Shown here: positions 41,779-52,578 of the stretch, one piece after another
Layout of the letters: every line of letters begins with the position of its first letter
How positions within the stretch are numbered: the first letter of the stretch is position 1
From: an uncultured Planctomycetaceae bacterium
GTDB taxonomy: Bacteria; Planctomycetota; Planctomycetia; Isosphaerales; Isosphaeraceae
Direction: 5' to 3'
Assembly (NCBI GenBank): GCA_963833985.1
Contig: CAWIAD010000002.1
Coordinates: 5,984,001 to 6,048,000 of the forward strand
Length of the DNA: 64,000 nt
The notes under the pieces: model-generated
The model's input: only the letters and a program-made list of their open reading frames with translations
The model's database searches: none
Told to the model about the DNA's origin: nothing
Position numbers and translations under genes: made by a program

Positions 41779-43692
41779 TCACCGGCCTTGTTGCTTGCCG
41801 AGCAGGTCGCCCACTTGCCGCTCCAGGGCATCGAGCCGCTGGAGGAGCCGGCCGTCGGCCCCGCGCTCTGTGCGTTTCGCCAGCTCATCGACGCGCCGCT
41901 CCAGTGCACTCAATCGTTCGGCCAGGTCAGGGCTGGCATGGTCCTGGGGCGGACTCGGACTCTGGCTCGGTCGCGCGTTCGGGGCGGTCACCGCCGTCCT
42001 GGGTGGAATGCCGACCGTCACGCGGACAAACATGCCGGGCTTGATGCGATGGTCCGCATTGGGGACCGAAGCGCGGATACGGGCCGTCTGCGTCCTCGGA
42101 TCAAAGACCGTTCCCACCGATTCAAGCCTGGCCTGGACAGACTGATTGCCGAAGGGAAAGTGGACGGTTACGGGGTCACCGATGGCGAGCTTATCGATTT
42201 GCTGCTCACTGACGTTCGCCGTGACCCAGAGCGGATCATCCTGCGCAATTGTCAGGAGCATGTCGTTCGCCGCGTAGTCGTTTCCAACAACTGCCGAGCG
42301 CTGGGTGACCAGGCCGTCCATAGGGGATGGAATGATCATCCTCGCCCGCCCGGGCCCACTCAGCCTGGGAATCTGACCGATCTCCTCCTCGTTGAGGCCC
42401 AGCAAGAGGAGCTTGTCCCTGGCAAACTTCAGTTGCAGCGCGGACCTGGCCACTGCGTCCTGAGCGTCCAGCAAGACCTTGCTCGGCACGACCCTGCTCT
42501 CAGCCATGGGTTCCATTCTCTGAAGCGACCTCTTGTCGTGGTCGAGCTGGGCCAGGGCGGATTCATATCCATTCTTGAGAGTCGCCAGCTCCATACTGAG
42601 GACTTCCAGCAAGGGATCGCCCGCCTTGACGCGCGCTCCAAGGTCCACGAAGACCCGGTCCACCCGGGACTCGAGACGCGGGCGAACCTGGAGAATCCTG
42701 TCCGGGTTGAGCTCCGTCGTGCCAGCAAGCTGGAGCTCCATCTCACCTGGATCTCCGGCGTTGGGACTGACTGCCTTGGGTGCGTCGCCGGCATGCCCAT
42801 CGCGCGCCGGCCGCTGTGCCAGGACCGCCGCACCCAGGCCCATGCCCAGAACAGCAAGCAGGGCCACGGCTGCGAGTTTGAACGTATGGAACCACATCGC
42901 TTTCAAGACTCCCTTTGTGACTTTGAGTACCGTGGGGGAAGCCGATCCAGCAGCCATTCCGGAGCGAGCGCTCACGCCGTTGCGGGATGTCATCGATAGC
43001 AGCTCATCGGATATCTTCACCGCGTCGAAGGGGATGCGGCCGCCCGGAAGTGCGACCGGCAGGGCGGACCACCCGCGCCGCTGGAGGCGCCGTCTGAGCT
43101 GCTCTCGCGCCCGGGTGAGTCGAGTCTTCACGGTTCCAACCGGCCAGCGCAGGAGCGTGGCGGCCTGCTCGTGGGTCAGCCCGTTGAAATAGCAATGGAT
43201 GATGGGCAAGCGGTATTTCCGCGGCAGCCGATCAATCTCCGCGTGCAGCTCCGTCCAGGATTCCAGAGAATCTGCCGGGCCGTCGGCCAGGTCGGCCAGG
43301 TCAGCCAGGCGGGCGCCGCATCGACCCTCGAGCCGGTGTCGCCGCGCTTCCTCCACGCGCATTCGCAGGGCCGCCCGGCGCGCCACTCCGAACAGCCAGA
43401 ATGCAACCGAGCCGCGCTTGCGGATGGACGACGCTCGCTGCGCCAGGACCAGGAAGGTGGCCTGGAACGCGTCCTCGGCCGCGTGGCGATCGGTCAGTGT
43501 CTGGCGGCAAACCCGGAGAACCATGGGACCATGGCGCTCCACGAGTGCGCGGAAGGCAGCTTCCGCCGCCGGGCTCCGACCGTCCAAAAAACGCTCCAGC
43601 AGTTCGCCGTCGCCGAGCTCGCCCACCACTCCGGCGGCGAAGAGGTCCTCGATCTCGCGCAGCAGCCCGCGGGATGTGGTTCCGCCCGTCAT
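41779..43692 (-). CDS. ECF sigma factor with TM helix fused to an RND periplasmic adaptor (MFP) domain
   Basis: DGELLERF, AFRALVERHGPMVLRVC, AEDAFQATFLVL (sigma2); GLTHEQAA..WPVGTVKTRLTRAR (sigma4); TM helix; VDLGARVKAGDPLLE, RASVPNADHRIKPGMFVRV. Confidence 0.88.
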   Translation of the reverse strand: MTGGTTSRGLLREIEDLFAAGVVGELGDGELLERFLDGRSPAAEAAFRALVERHGPMVLRVCRQTLTDRHAAEDAFQATFLVLAQRASSIRKRGSVAFWLFGVARRAALRMRVEEARRHRLEGRCGARLADLADLADGPADSLESWTELHAEIDRLPRKYRLPIIHCYFNGLTHEQAATLLRWPVGTVKTRLTRAREQLRRRLQRRGWSALPVALPGGRIPFDAVKISDELLSMTSRNGVSARSGMAAGSASPTVLKVTKGVLKAMWFHTFKLAAVALLAVLGMGLGAAVLAQRPARDGHAGDAPKAVSPNAGDPGEMELQLAGTTELNPDRILQVRPRLESRVDRVFVDLGARVKAGDPLLEVLSMELATLKNGYESALAQLDHDKRSLQRMEPMAESRVVPSKVLLDAQDAVARSALQLKFARDKLLLLGLNEEEIGQIPRLSGPGRARMIIPSPMDGLVTQRSAVVGNDYAANDMLLTIAQDDPLWVTANVSEQQIDKLAIGDPVTVHFPFGNQSVQARLESVGTVFDPRTQTARIRASVPNADHRIKPGMFVRVTVGIPPRTAVTAPNARPSQSPSPPQDHASPDLAERLSALERRVDELAKRTERGADGRLLQRLDALERQVGDLLGKQQGR

Positions 43693-43936
43693 GCCTCTGG
43701 CTCCTGGTTCCCGTCCATCATCACACTGTAGTGCCTGGTGATCATCTCCTGGATTCGGAACTCTGCGATTTCTCGAAGAAAAACCCCAGGCTTGCTGAGT
43801 TTCGCAGGTTTGCGACCCGCAATGACTGGACTCCTGTCCCAGGCTTCTCGACAATTATGGCTTGGAGGACGAGTCCGTTCCGTGGAACAAGGAGGTGCCA
43901 TGGTTTTGAGGGTATGCAGGAGCGGCGCAAGCGAGA

Positions 43937-46900
43937 ATGGTGCCCGACTTTTACGCTCGATTGGGAATTGATCCGGGGTCCGATCCGGTGGAGATCGAGG
44001 CCGCGCTCAAGAAGCAGCAGCCGGTCTGGTCCATGGGCACGCGCAACCCGAAGACGCGGCACACCAACCAGCTTTTTCTCGACGAGGTGCCCGCGCTGCG
44101 GCGTGCCCTGCTGGGCAGTCCGGAAGCCCGGGCGGCCTACGATGCCGACCTGGCCGCGGTGCAGATCGCGGAACGCGAGGAAAAGCTGAACGAGCTTCAG
44201 CGGCGCGTACGTCTCCGCGCGGCCAAAGGAGGGCTGACAGCCGCGGACCGGACCTTGCTGCTGACCGAAGCGGCCCGGCTCGGCCTCGATGGGGACGTTC
44301 TCGACCGCCTGACACGCCTGGTTCCGGTACTGAACAACCCTGTGAGCGCGCCGGATGGCAGCGACCCCGACGAAGATCCTCCCGCCGACGTCCTTGATCC
44401 GTCGACCCGGCGGCAGATCCGGGCAGCCCTCGAACATCTGGGCAGGCGCGATCTGTATGACGCGCTGGGGCTCTTTGGCGACGCACCGCCGTCGATCATC
44501 GCCGCCCGTGCCGACGAGGAGCGGCAGAGGTGGATGAAGAAAGCCCAGGTCACCGCCGAGAAGACGGCGTGGCTGGAAGTCATCGCGCACGCGCAGTCCC
44601 ACCTGGCAACGCCCAGGGCCAGGGCACGGTATGATCGCACGCTCCTGCTCGAGGCCGAGGAGAGGTTTCACGAGGTCGCCGCGTTCGCGCTCCAGGGGGC
44701 GAGCCACCTGGACCCCGGCACGCGCGTTGCCCTGGTCGACGAGGCCGCCGGGCTGGGGATTCCGTCCCGGCGCAGCGAACTGCTCATCGCCCGGGCCTGC
44801 CGCAAGCTGGGAGTCCGGCTCGATAATGGATCGGTGACGCCTCAGGCTGCCACGGCCGGAGCGAACCCGCTGGCGGCTGGCGGAAAGTACGATTTGCTCC
44901 GCTGCCGCAACTGTGCGGGGGTGACCGAGATCAGCCCGGTAGCGCGGAAGACCAGCCCGGCCCGGTGCCGCCACTGCGGTGCATCGCTCAAGTGGGAATG
45001 TCCGGTCTGCAAACGCGCGCCACTGGATCGACGTGCCGAAGTGCCAGTGCGGGTTCCCCCTGGCCCTGCGTGAACCCCTGGTGCGCCACTTCACGGCCGC
45101 GCTGCATGCCTTTCGCATCAGAGACCTGCCCGGTGCCCGAGCCCACCTGGAACAGGTGCAGCGCTTGCGCCGCACCACGTGGCGCGCGCAACGGGATGAT
45201 GAAGATTCAGCAGTACGCCGCTGATGTCGAATATGCCCGGATGTCCTGGGAACTCGCATTTGCCGGCAAGAAGCTGGTGGCGGCGAAGCGGGCGGTCGAG
45301 GCCTGGGGAAAACTCGTCGATCCGTCCTCTCCCGAGGTCGAGGCAGCCTGGAAGGAGGTCACCTCGGGCCTGCGCCAGGCCGTGGAGCTTGCTGCGCCGT
45401 GCGCAAGCTGGAGCGTGCCGATCCACCGTCCGCGAGAAGCCTGTACCGCAGATGCCTGGAAATCGCGGCCGACCTGCCGGCCGCCCTGGACGGACTGGAT
45501 CGCTGCCCGCCCGAGCCGCCGAAGGACCTGCAAGCCCACCTGCTGAGCGACCGGATCCGGCTGTGCTGGACGCCTCCGCAGCCAGACGGCCTGGGACCGC
45601 TCACGTTCTTCGTGTTGCGCAAGCGGGGCGGGCTGCCAGAGCATCCCGGCGACGGAACCAGAATCGCCGAGGTCTCCACATGCGAGTTTGAAGACCGGCA
45701 CGTGAGAGCCGGCGAGACGGTGAGCTATGCGGTCCGCGCCCGGCGCGGACAGGCCGAGTCACTTTCGGCAGTCGCGGCCGGCCCCTTGGTTTTCCTGCCC
45801 GACGTGCAGGATGTGCGGGCTCAAGGCCGGAGCGGGGAGATCGAGCTATCGTGGATCCCGCCGCATGGTGTCTTCGAGATCCGGGTGGTCCGCAAGGCGG
45901 GTTCCCCGCCCGCAGGGCCGCGCGACGGTCAGCCGGTGCCCGCGGCGCTCGATCAGGCGATCGACGCCGGTTTGCTGGAAGGCCAGGTCTATCATTACGC
46001 GATCTACGCCATCTACCGGATGGCGAACTCGAAGCGCTATCCTTCCCAGGGCGTGCATGTCGCCGCGTATGCCCGCGCCCGGCCGCGCCCCTGGCCGCGC
46101 CTCGGCTCGAGCTCACTGCCCTGGGGCACGCGCGGATGGACTGGGAAGCGCCTCCGCGAGGAGTGGTCCGGATCCTGCGGAGCTCCCGGCCCCTACCCGT
46201 CGCGCCCGGCTCATCGCTGACGGCTGGCGAGGCCGACCAGCTCGAAGGCGACTGGATCGCCACGACAGGCCCGGACCGAGCCGAGGACGCCGACCCTCCG
46301 TCCGCGGGACTCTGCTACTACACGCCGCTGGTCATGGCCGGCGACACGCTCACCGTCGGGCACACGGCTGTCCTCTCTCGCGTCGCTGACCCCACCGAAT
46401 TGCGGGCCGCCAGAACCGGAGGCCCGGGCGACGGGGCCCTGGCGGCCAGCCGCGTCCTGCTGCGCTGGCGCTGGGCGCCGGACGCCAGCGCGACGAGGCT
46501 CATCGCCCGCCAGGGCTCATCAGTGAACGGCCACGCCGACACCGATTCCATCGTGATCAACGTCACCCGCACGGACTACGAGCGGCAGGGCTCCTGGACC
46601 ATCGACCTTCCCCTCGGCCGAGCCGCGACCGATGGCGGGCCACGCACCGAGCCCGCGGCCGGCGGTCCACCGCAGCCCAGGCTCGAGCAAGCCGTTCCCG
46701 AGCAGGAGCTGGCCGCACAGTCCAGCCAGTGGTACATCAGCGCCTACAGCGTGGCTGAACTGGATGGAGGCGATATCGTCTCACCGGGACTGGAGCCCAC
46801 ATCAAAAACCTCTGTCCCCGGGCCTCATCCCCAGGTCACCGTGACGTACTCCCTGAAGCCGCCGTGGTTGCCCAGAGGTCCCTGGACCCTGACGCTCAGG

Positions 46901-47150
46901 ACCGAGCCGAAAGGATCGGCCATTCCGCAAATGGTGCTCGTCGCCAACCAGCGTGCCGTGCCGCTCTCCGCCGAGGACGGCGAGATCGTGGCGCGGCTGC
47001 CCGCCGGCCATGATGGGACCACGCATCGCATTCGCACGTCTCTGAATCTTGCGCAGTCCTGTTCGTGTGTTCCTTGATCCGACGATCGATCCCGGATCTC
47101 TGCCTCCCATCCGAGTGCACCATCCCGAAGCGGGGCTGGCGCGGGTATGA
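43937..47150 (+). CDS. Multidomain protein: two J-domain-like repeats, zinc ribbons, TPR-like region, FN3-like repeats (several frameshifts)
   Basis: DFYARLGI and DLYDALGL...RARYD; CRNC, CRHC, CPVC, CQC; IRLCWTPP, IELSWIPP, LLRWRW; pieces in ORFs 43937, 44979, 44965, 45399 and 45851, tail VFLDP...ARV* at 47150. Confidence 0.7.
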
Positions 47151-47450
47151 TCGGAACAGCGGCACAGGAGCTGGAAGAAATCTTCCAGCTCGCGTGGCCG
47201 GCCGGCTTCTCGTCGACCCGACAGGGCGGAGAGCCGAGAAATTGCGCAAATTCTTAAAGGGAAAATACTTACCACTCAACCTTTGGATCAGGAGCCCGAT
47301 TTATTTCGCCACCGGGGAGGTTCTGGTAGGATGGCACTTTTGCGGACGCCCTCTTTCGGATCTCGCGGTTCCACAGCGTTTCGGGGCGGTCGGTGATCAT
47401 TCTGATTCGCTGGCTGGACCGCGCGGGAAGAGGTACTCGGGGTACGACGG

Positions 47451-48194
47451 ATGAACCACTACAACCAGGACGCGGACGACTTCTACGTGAACATCCACCT
47501 CAACACCGAGATGGAACTGCCCACGAACCGCGACACGGTTTTGCACTTTTTCGAGCAGATCAAGAAGGGCTTTCCGGATCTCCGCAATTTCCACACGCGG
47601 GAGAACGGAGATCTGGTCCTGGAGGGGGACAAGGAGTCGGAATCGTACCGCTGGGTCTCCATCGAGCAACGCCGGCTCTGCTCCGGGCATACCAACCCTG
47701 CCTCGATGGAGGACGCTTACCGGCAGCACGAGCTTGTCCTGGACATGGCTCCTCCGCTGCTCACGATCAGTCTGCTCGACTGCGAGGCCCTGGATGTCAT
47801 GTACGGGTTCGACTTCACCTTCGAGGGGAACCACGACGAGGTGGTGACCGAGGCCCTGGGAGTTGGCAGCGCCCTGGAGGGCCTGCTCGAGATACCCAGA
47901 GCGCGCGTGATCAACTTCGAGCCTTCGCTCACGCTGGGGCTGGACGATTCATGCCAGCTTCAGTGCCGCCTGGCGATCGAGACGCGGACCAACACGTTCC
48001 AGGTTCGTACCAACGAGTATGCGGACGACCAGATCAGCGTCTACTTCACGGTCCGCCAGTACTGGGGGAGCGGCCCCGAGCAGTCGTTCCTGGAATCCTT
48101 TCAGCGGCAGCGCGAGGTCGGCGAGGAAGTTCTCCGCCGCTCCGTGATCCCGCGCATCGTCCGGCCGCTGGCCCAGGTGATCGCGTCGCGCTGA
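47451..48194 (+). CDS. Conserved hypothetical protein
   Basis: 247 aa, strong coding bias, globular composition; no family recognised. Confidence 0.8.
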   Translation: MNHYNQDADDFYVNIHLNTEMELPTNRDTVLHFFEQIKKGFPDLRNFHTRENGDLVLEGDKESESYRWVSIEQRRLCSGHTNPASMEDAYRQHELVLDMAPPLLTISLLDCEALDVMYGFDFTFEGNHDEVVTEALGVGSALEGLLEIPRARVINFEPSLTLGLDDSCQLQCRLAIETRTNTFQVRTNEYADDQISVYFTVRQYWGSGPEQSFLESFQRQREVGEEVLRRSVIPRIVRPLAQVIASR

Positions 48195-48225
48195 CTGACT
48201 GACGCAGCGCGGAGGGACGTCGTCC

Positions 48226-49512
48226 ATGCCCCGATTGAGTGTCCTGAGCCGCAACCTGTCCGCGGAGACCGCCTTCACCGTGCTGGCACTGGCGCGCGCA
48301 CTGAAGGCGCAGGGCAAAGACGTGGTGGAGCTGGAGATCGGCGACAGCCCGTTCCCCAGCACCCCCCATGCCAAGGCCGCGGGCATCCGGGCGATCGAGG
48401 AAAACCAGACGGGCTACTGCCCGAGCCTGGGATTGCCCACTCTCCGCGAGGCGGCTGCCGCATTCGTCACCGCGGAGTTTGGCTACTCAGCCTCGGCCGA
48501 GAATATCGTGGTGGCCTCCGGAGCCAAGCCCTTCGAGCAGTACTTCGCCGAGGCCTTGCTCGACCCTGGCGACGGCGTGCTCGTCTTCAGCCCGCAGTTC
48601 CCCACCTACATTCCCAACCTCGAGCGCCGGCAGGCGCGCGTGGTGCTGGCGCCGTTGCGGGTGGAGCACGCGTTCCGGCCGCGTGCCGAGGACGTCCAGC
48701 GTTTCCTGGCCACCGACCCGCGGCCGACGGCCATCTTCCTCAACTCGCCCCACAACCCCACCGGCGGAGTGGCCACGCGGGAAGACCTGGCGGCCATCGC
48801 GGACCTGGTGCGGGGCACCGACGTGATGGTCTTCTCGGACGAGCCCTATTGCCACATGGTCTGGTCAGGCCGGCATGTGTCGATCCTCTCGGAACCGGGC
48901 ATGCTGGAGCATACCGTCGCTGCGTACACCTTCAGCAAGTCCTACAGTATGAGCGGCTGGCGGATCGGCTTCGCCGTGGCTCATCCAGAATTGGTCGACG
49001 CGATTGGCAAGCTGATCAACACCACCGCGTCCTGCACCCCGCCGCTGGCGCAGTGGGCGGCCCAGGCCGCCCTGGAGTGCGACGCACCAACCCGGGACGA
49101 TTACATGGCCAGGTTCCGCCGCAAGGTGGACCGGCTCTGCACCGGCCTCAGCGGTATCACCGGCATCCGCGTCAATCCGCCCGCCGGAACCTTCTACGTG
49201 TTTCCCGATGTGCGGCCAATCTGCAACCGGCTGGGCATCAGCTCGCACGGGCTGGCGCTCTATCTCCTGGAAGGGGCCGATGATTGCTTCGGTGTGGCCT
49301 GCCTGGGCGGCGAGTGCTTCGGCGAGGCGGGACGCGGGTTCCTTCGCTTCAGTTGTGCAGAACCCGACGAGCGCATCGATCAGGCCATCGATTTCCTGGC
49401 CCAGGCGCTTCAGCGAACCCAGCGCGTCGAGGCTTTCCTGAAGGCGAACCCTCAGTTTGTGCTGTCGGCCGCGTACGCCGACTCTTCCGTTTCGTCACAC
49501 GTCGTGTCATGA
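48226..49512 (+). CDS. PLP-dependent aminotransferase class I/II
   Basis: NSPHNPTG, FSDEPY, FSKSYSMSGWRIG. Confidence 0.93.
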   Translation: MPRLSVLSRNLSAETAFTVLALARALKAQGKDVVELEIGDSPFPSTPHAKAAGIRAIEENQTGYCPSLGLPTLREAAAAFVTAEFGYSASAENIVVASGAKPFEQYFAEALLDPGDGVLVFSPQFPTYIPNLERRQARVVLAPLRVEHAFRPRAEDVQRFLATDPRPTAIFLNSPHNPTGGVATREDLAAIADLVRGTDVMVFSDEPYCHMVWSGRHVSILSEPGMLEHTVAAYTFSKSYSMSGWRIGFAVAHPELVDAIGKLINTTASCTPPLAQWAAQAALECDAPTRDDYMARFRRKVDRLCTGLSGITGIRVNPPAGTFYVFPDVRPICNRLGISSHGLALYLLEGADDCFGVACLGGECFGEAGRGFLRFSCAEPDERIDQAIDFLAQALQRTQRVEAFLKANPQFVLSAAYADSSVSSHVVS

Positions 49513-50153
49513 CCAGAGGCGACGGTTCATTGCTCGAGGAGGATCGCTGGCGAACCGCGGTTCGCCACCTGCGCCGGGTTGATCCCAACCTGCGCGCGGT
49601 GATTCAGCGCATCGGCCCTTGCCGGCTCGTCCCGCGTCCCGACCGCTTCGGTACGCTGGTGAGCTCGATCGTGGCTCAGCAAATATCGTCGAAGGCGGCA
49701 GCCTCCATCAATGCCCGGCTGAGAACCCTCTCAGGAGAGCCTCCCCTGCCCGGCCGCCTGCTGGAGCTCGGCGAGCCATTGCTCCGTGGCGTGGGGCTCT
49801 CCGCCGGCAAGGCCCGGTACGTGCTGAACCTGGCGGAGGCCGTCGCCAGTGGCCGCGTTCCTGTGGACGCCTTTGACGACTCGTGGGACGACGCGGCGAT
49901 CATCGCCGCTCTCACCTCGATCAAGGGCATCGGCGTCTGGACCGCGGAGATGTTCCTCATCTTCGCACTCAACCGGCCCGACGTGCTGCCAGTCCACGAC
50001 CTGGGGGTCCGCTCCGCGCTGCGGAACTTTCACGGGCTCGCCGAATTGCCGAAACCGGCGGAGTGCCACGCCCTGGGCCAGATCTGGAAACCTTATCGCA
50101 CGGTCGCGAGCTGGTATATCTGGCGCAATGTGGATAATCCGCCGGTCCGCTAG
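49509..50153 (+). CDS. DNA-3-methyladenine glycosylase (AlkA-like HhH-GPD)
   Basis: IVAQQISSKAA, LTSIKGIGVWTAEMFL, RPDVLPVHDLG, WKPYRT; ATGA overlap with the upstream gene. Confidence 0.9.
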   Translation: MTRGDGSLLEEDRWRTAVRHLRRVDPNLRAVIQRIGPCRLVPRPDRFGTLVSSIVAQQISSKAAASINARLRTLSGEPPLPGRLLELGEPLLRGVGLSAGKARYVLNLAEAVASGRVPVDAFDDSWDDAAIIAALTSIKGIGVWTAEMFLIFALNRPDVLPVHDLGVRSALRNFHGLAELPKPAECHALGQIWKPYRTVASWYIWRNVDNPPVR

Positions 50154-50168
50154 GTTTGTCGCGGTCAC

Positions 50169-50495
50169 TCACCGCCAGCCGCGACGACGGTAGTAACCCG
50201 GTCCGTAATAGCGCGGGCCGTATCCCCAGCCCCCGCGATAGAGCGGCGCACCGTATCCGTAGCCATAAATGGGCCGGGGCACGACCATCGGGTAAGGTGC
50301 CACGTAAGGAACCACCGGGGCCGCCATGACTGGTGCCCCGACGATCGGAGTTCCGAAGTTGACGACACCGCCAAACCCCGGCGTGCCGAAGCCGACGTAT
50401 CCCCCGCCGCCGACGATCTGCGCGTGGGCGCGTGGGGCAGCCAGACCGAGGACCGTCGCCACCGCGAGCAGCAGAACGATTCGCCTCATGCTCAT
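50169..50495 (-). CDS. Small secreted Gly/Tyr/Pro-rich protein
   Basis: GGAGAG RBS; signal peptide ending AHA; GYGYG/YYGPGYY low-complexity body. Confidence 0.7.
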   Translation of the reverse strand: MSMRRIVLLLAVATVLGLAAPRAHAQIVGGGGYVGFGTPGFGGVVNFGTPIVGAPVMAAPVVPYVAPYPMVVPRPIYGYGYGAPLYRGGWGYGPRYYGPGYYRRRGWR

Positions 50496-50611
50496 CTTGA
50501 TCTCTCCATCCATCCGGGTTCAAACTCACCTCGTCCGTCGGCCGCCCCTTGCAGGGTGCATCAGTCAAGAGCCAGCCGGAGTTACTCCGTTCATACGAAC
50601 GCGTAGCGCCC

Positions 50612-51778
50612 TCAGTTCAAGATTTCGAGTTTCGGCAACTTCGGCGTCTTGAGATTCTGGACGCTGATCTGGGCAGCGAGCTGCTCGACGACCGCCAGCA
50701 GATAGGGCCGGGTGGGGGAACCCGGAAGGAGTGCCTGTTCCATCTTGCCCTCGTCTCCCGATTCGCGGAGATGGAGGTTCAGCGGCACTTCACCCAGGAA
50801 CGGCACGCCCATTTCCCCGGCCCTGCGGCGCACGCCGCCGCGCCCGAACACATACACCCGCTCGTCGCCGGGAGCATCGAAGAAGCTCTTGCCGTTCATC
50901 AGCTTGCGCGCCTCGGGACCGCCCCGATCCTGGAGGTACGCAAGCACGTCGAAGAAGGCCATGTTCTCCACCATGCCAAGGATCGGCACACGCAACTGGC
51001 GAAACATCGTGATCGCCCGCGTGGCGTCCAGCAAGGCCACCTCCTGCGGAGTGCAGACCACGACCGCCCCGGTCAAGGGAAGCGTCTGGGCCAGGGTCAA
51101 GGGAACATCGCCGGTTCCCGGAGGCAGGTCGATAACCAGGTAATCGAGTGGTCCCCAGTCCACCTGCCGGAGGAACTGCTGCATGATCCCGTGCAGCATG
51201 GGCCCGCGCATGATGACGGCCTTGTCGGGCTCGAGCAGGAAGCCCATCGACATGAGCCGCAGCCCGTTGGTCTCGATCGGCTGGATTCGCTCGCCGCGGG
51301 CCATGGGCCGCCCGGTCGCTCCCACCAGGTGGGGAATCGACGGCCCGTAGACGTCGGCGTCCATCAGTCCCACCGAGGCGCCATAGGAGCGCAGGCCGTA
51401 AGCAATGGCGGCCGCCATCGTCGATTTCCCCACGCCGCCCTTTCCGGAGCCGACGGCGATCACATTCTTGATGCCGGGAATGTCTCCGGTTTCCGTGATA
51501 CCCTTGCCGCGGACCTCCGCCCCCATCGTGATGTTCACTTTCCACTGGCCGGGCAGGCGGCTCTCCAGCGCGGTGCGGACATCGCGCTCGATCTGCGCCT
51601 TGAGCGGGCAGGCCGGCGTGGTCAGGTTCACCATCAGCGACACGGTTCCATCGCTGATGCGGATATCCTTGATCATGCCGAGGTCCACGAGATCGCGACC
51701 CAGGTCAGGATCCTTGACTCCCTTGAGCGCCTCGAGGACGTCCCGTTCCGCAAGTGTGGGATTGGTCATGCCGAACAT
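50612..51778 (-). CDS. mrp: Mrp/NBP35/ApbC Fe-S carrier P-loop ATPase with N-terminal DUF59 domain
   Basis: DPDLGRDLV, TTPACPL, GSGKGGVGKST, DADVYGPS, DLPPGTGD, GMVENM. Confidence 0.92.
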   Translation of the reverse strand: MFGMTNPTLAERDVLEALKGVKDPDLGRDLVDLGMIKDIRISDGTVSLMVNLTTPACPLKAQIERDVRTALESRLPGQWKVNITMGAEVRGKGITETGDIPGIKNVIAVGSGKGGVGKSTMAAAIAYGLRSYGASVGLMDADVYGPSIPHLVGATGRPMARGERIQPIETNGLRLMSMGFLLEPDKAVIMRGPMLHGIMQQFLRQVDWGPLDYLVIDLPPGTGDVPLTLAQTLPLTGAVVVCTPQEVALLDATRAITMFRQLRVPILGMVENMAFFDVLAYLQDRGGPEARKLMNGKSFFDAPGDERVYVFGRGGVRRRAGEMGVPFLGEVPLNLHLRESGDEGKMEQALLPGSPTRPYLLAVVEQLAAQISVQNLKTPKLPKLEILN

Positions 51779-51951
51779 GAAGCGTGCTTCCTCCGCGCGA
51801 GTTGCCGCGCTTTCCCGGCGACGGAACCTTCTGTGAACGCGTTATTCTATGGCAGAACCGTGGAGACGACCAGCCGGGCTGGCGCCGGCATCAACCGCTC
51901 GAGCCGGGGCGAAGGTGAGGAGACCATCCCGTTGCGTGCACCGTCGCGCAT

Positions 51952-52431
51952 TCAAATCGGCTCCGTTTGACCCTGGCCGAGACCAAGCTGGAGCCACTCG
52001 TCCGGGGTCGCGGGGACATCAGAGACAAGTGGGCGCGTCCAGCCCACCCGGGTGATTTCAACCTCGGCGAGCGTGACCCAGCGGTCGATCAGACGAGCCA
52101 CCTGGGGAGGCGGTACGAAGCCAGAAATCACGTGCGTCGCCCCGAGCTCCAGTGCCAGCTCCGAGGCGCCTGCTTGCTGCTCCGGATCGAGCACGAGAAC
52201 CCTCGCCTCAGGGAAGAACCTGCCGATGAACTCCAGATCGGCCAGGCCTTCGTCGAGATTGCGTCTCAGGTCAAGAATGGCCAGCGGGCAGGCGAGACCG
52301 ATGAGCGCTCGCTCGAGGTCAGCCCGCGACCTGGTCTCGATCCAGTGCACCGGCCGGCCTTGCAATCGCGGCCGGAGCTGGGCGGACCAGGTGCCAAGAC
52401 GTTCATGAAGGATGACAGGCACACGCGACAC
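51952..52431 (-). CDS. Atypical (pseudo-)receiver domain protein
   Basis: REC-like pattern LAILDL...VLVLD...ALELGATHVI; lacks the canonical acidic pair and Lys. Confidence 0.6.
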   Translation of the reverse strand: MSRVPVILHERLGTWSAQLRPRLQGRPVHWIETRSRADLERALIGLACPLAILDLRRNLDEGLADLEFIGRFFPEARVLVLDPEQQAGASELALELGATHVISGFVPPPQVARLIDRWVTLAEVEITRVGWTRPLVSDVPATPDEWLQLGLGQGQTEPI

Positions 52432-52578
52432 CGGTCATTTCCTCACTTTCGCGGTGCAGATTCCTGCGGGAGACGTGCCGGCCCTCTGGGCCGTCGGTCC
52501 CGGGCAGAAACAGCCTATGGCTGCAAGCCCGAACTCCGCAAGCACAAGTCTGCGGTCGGACTCAGGCCGGGCTGGAGC

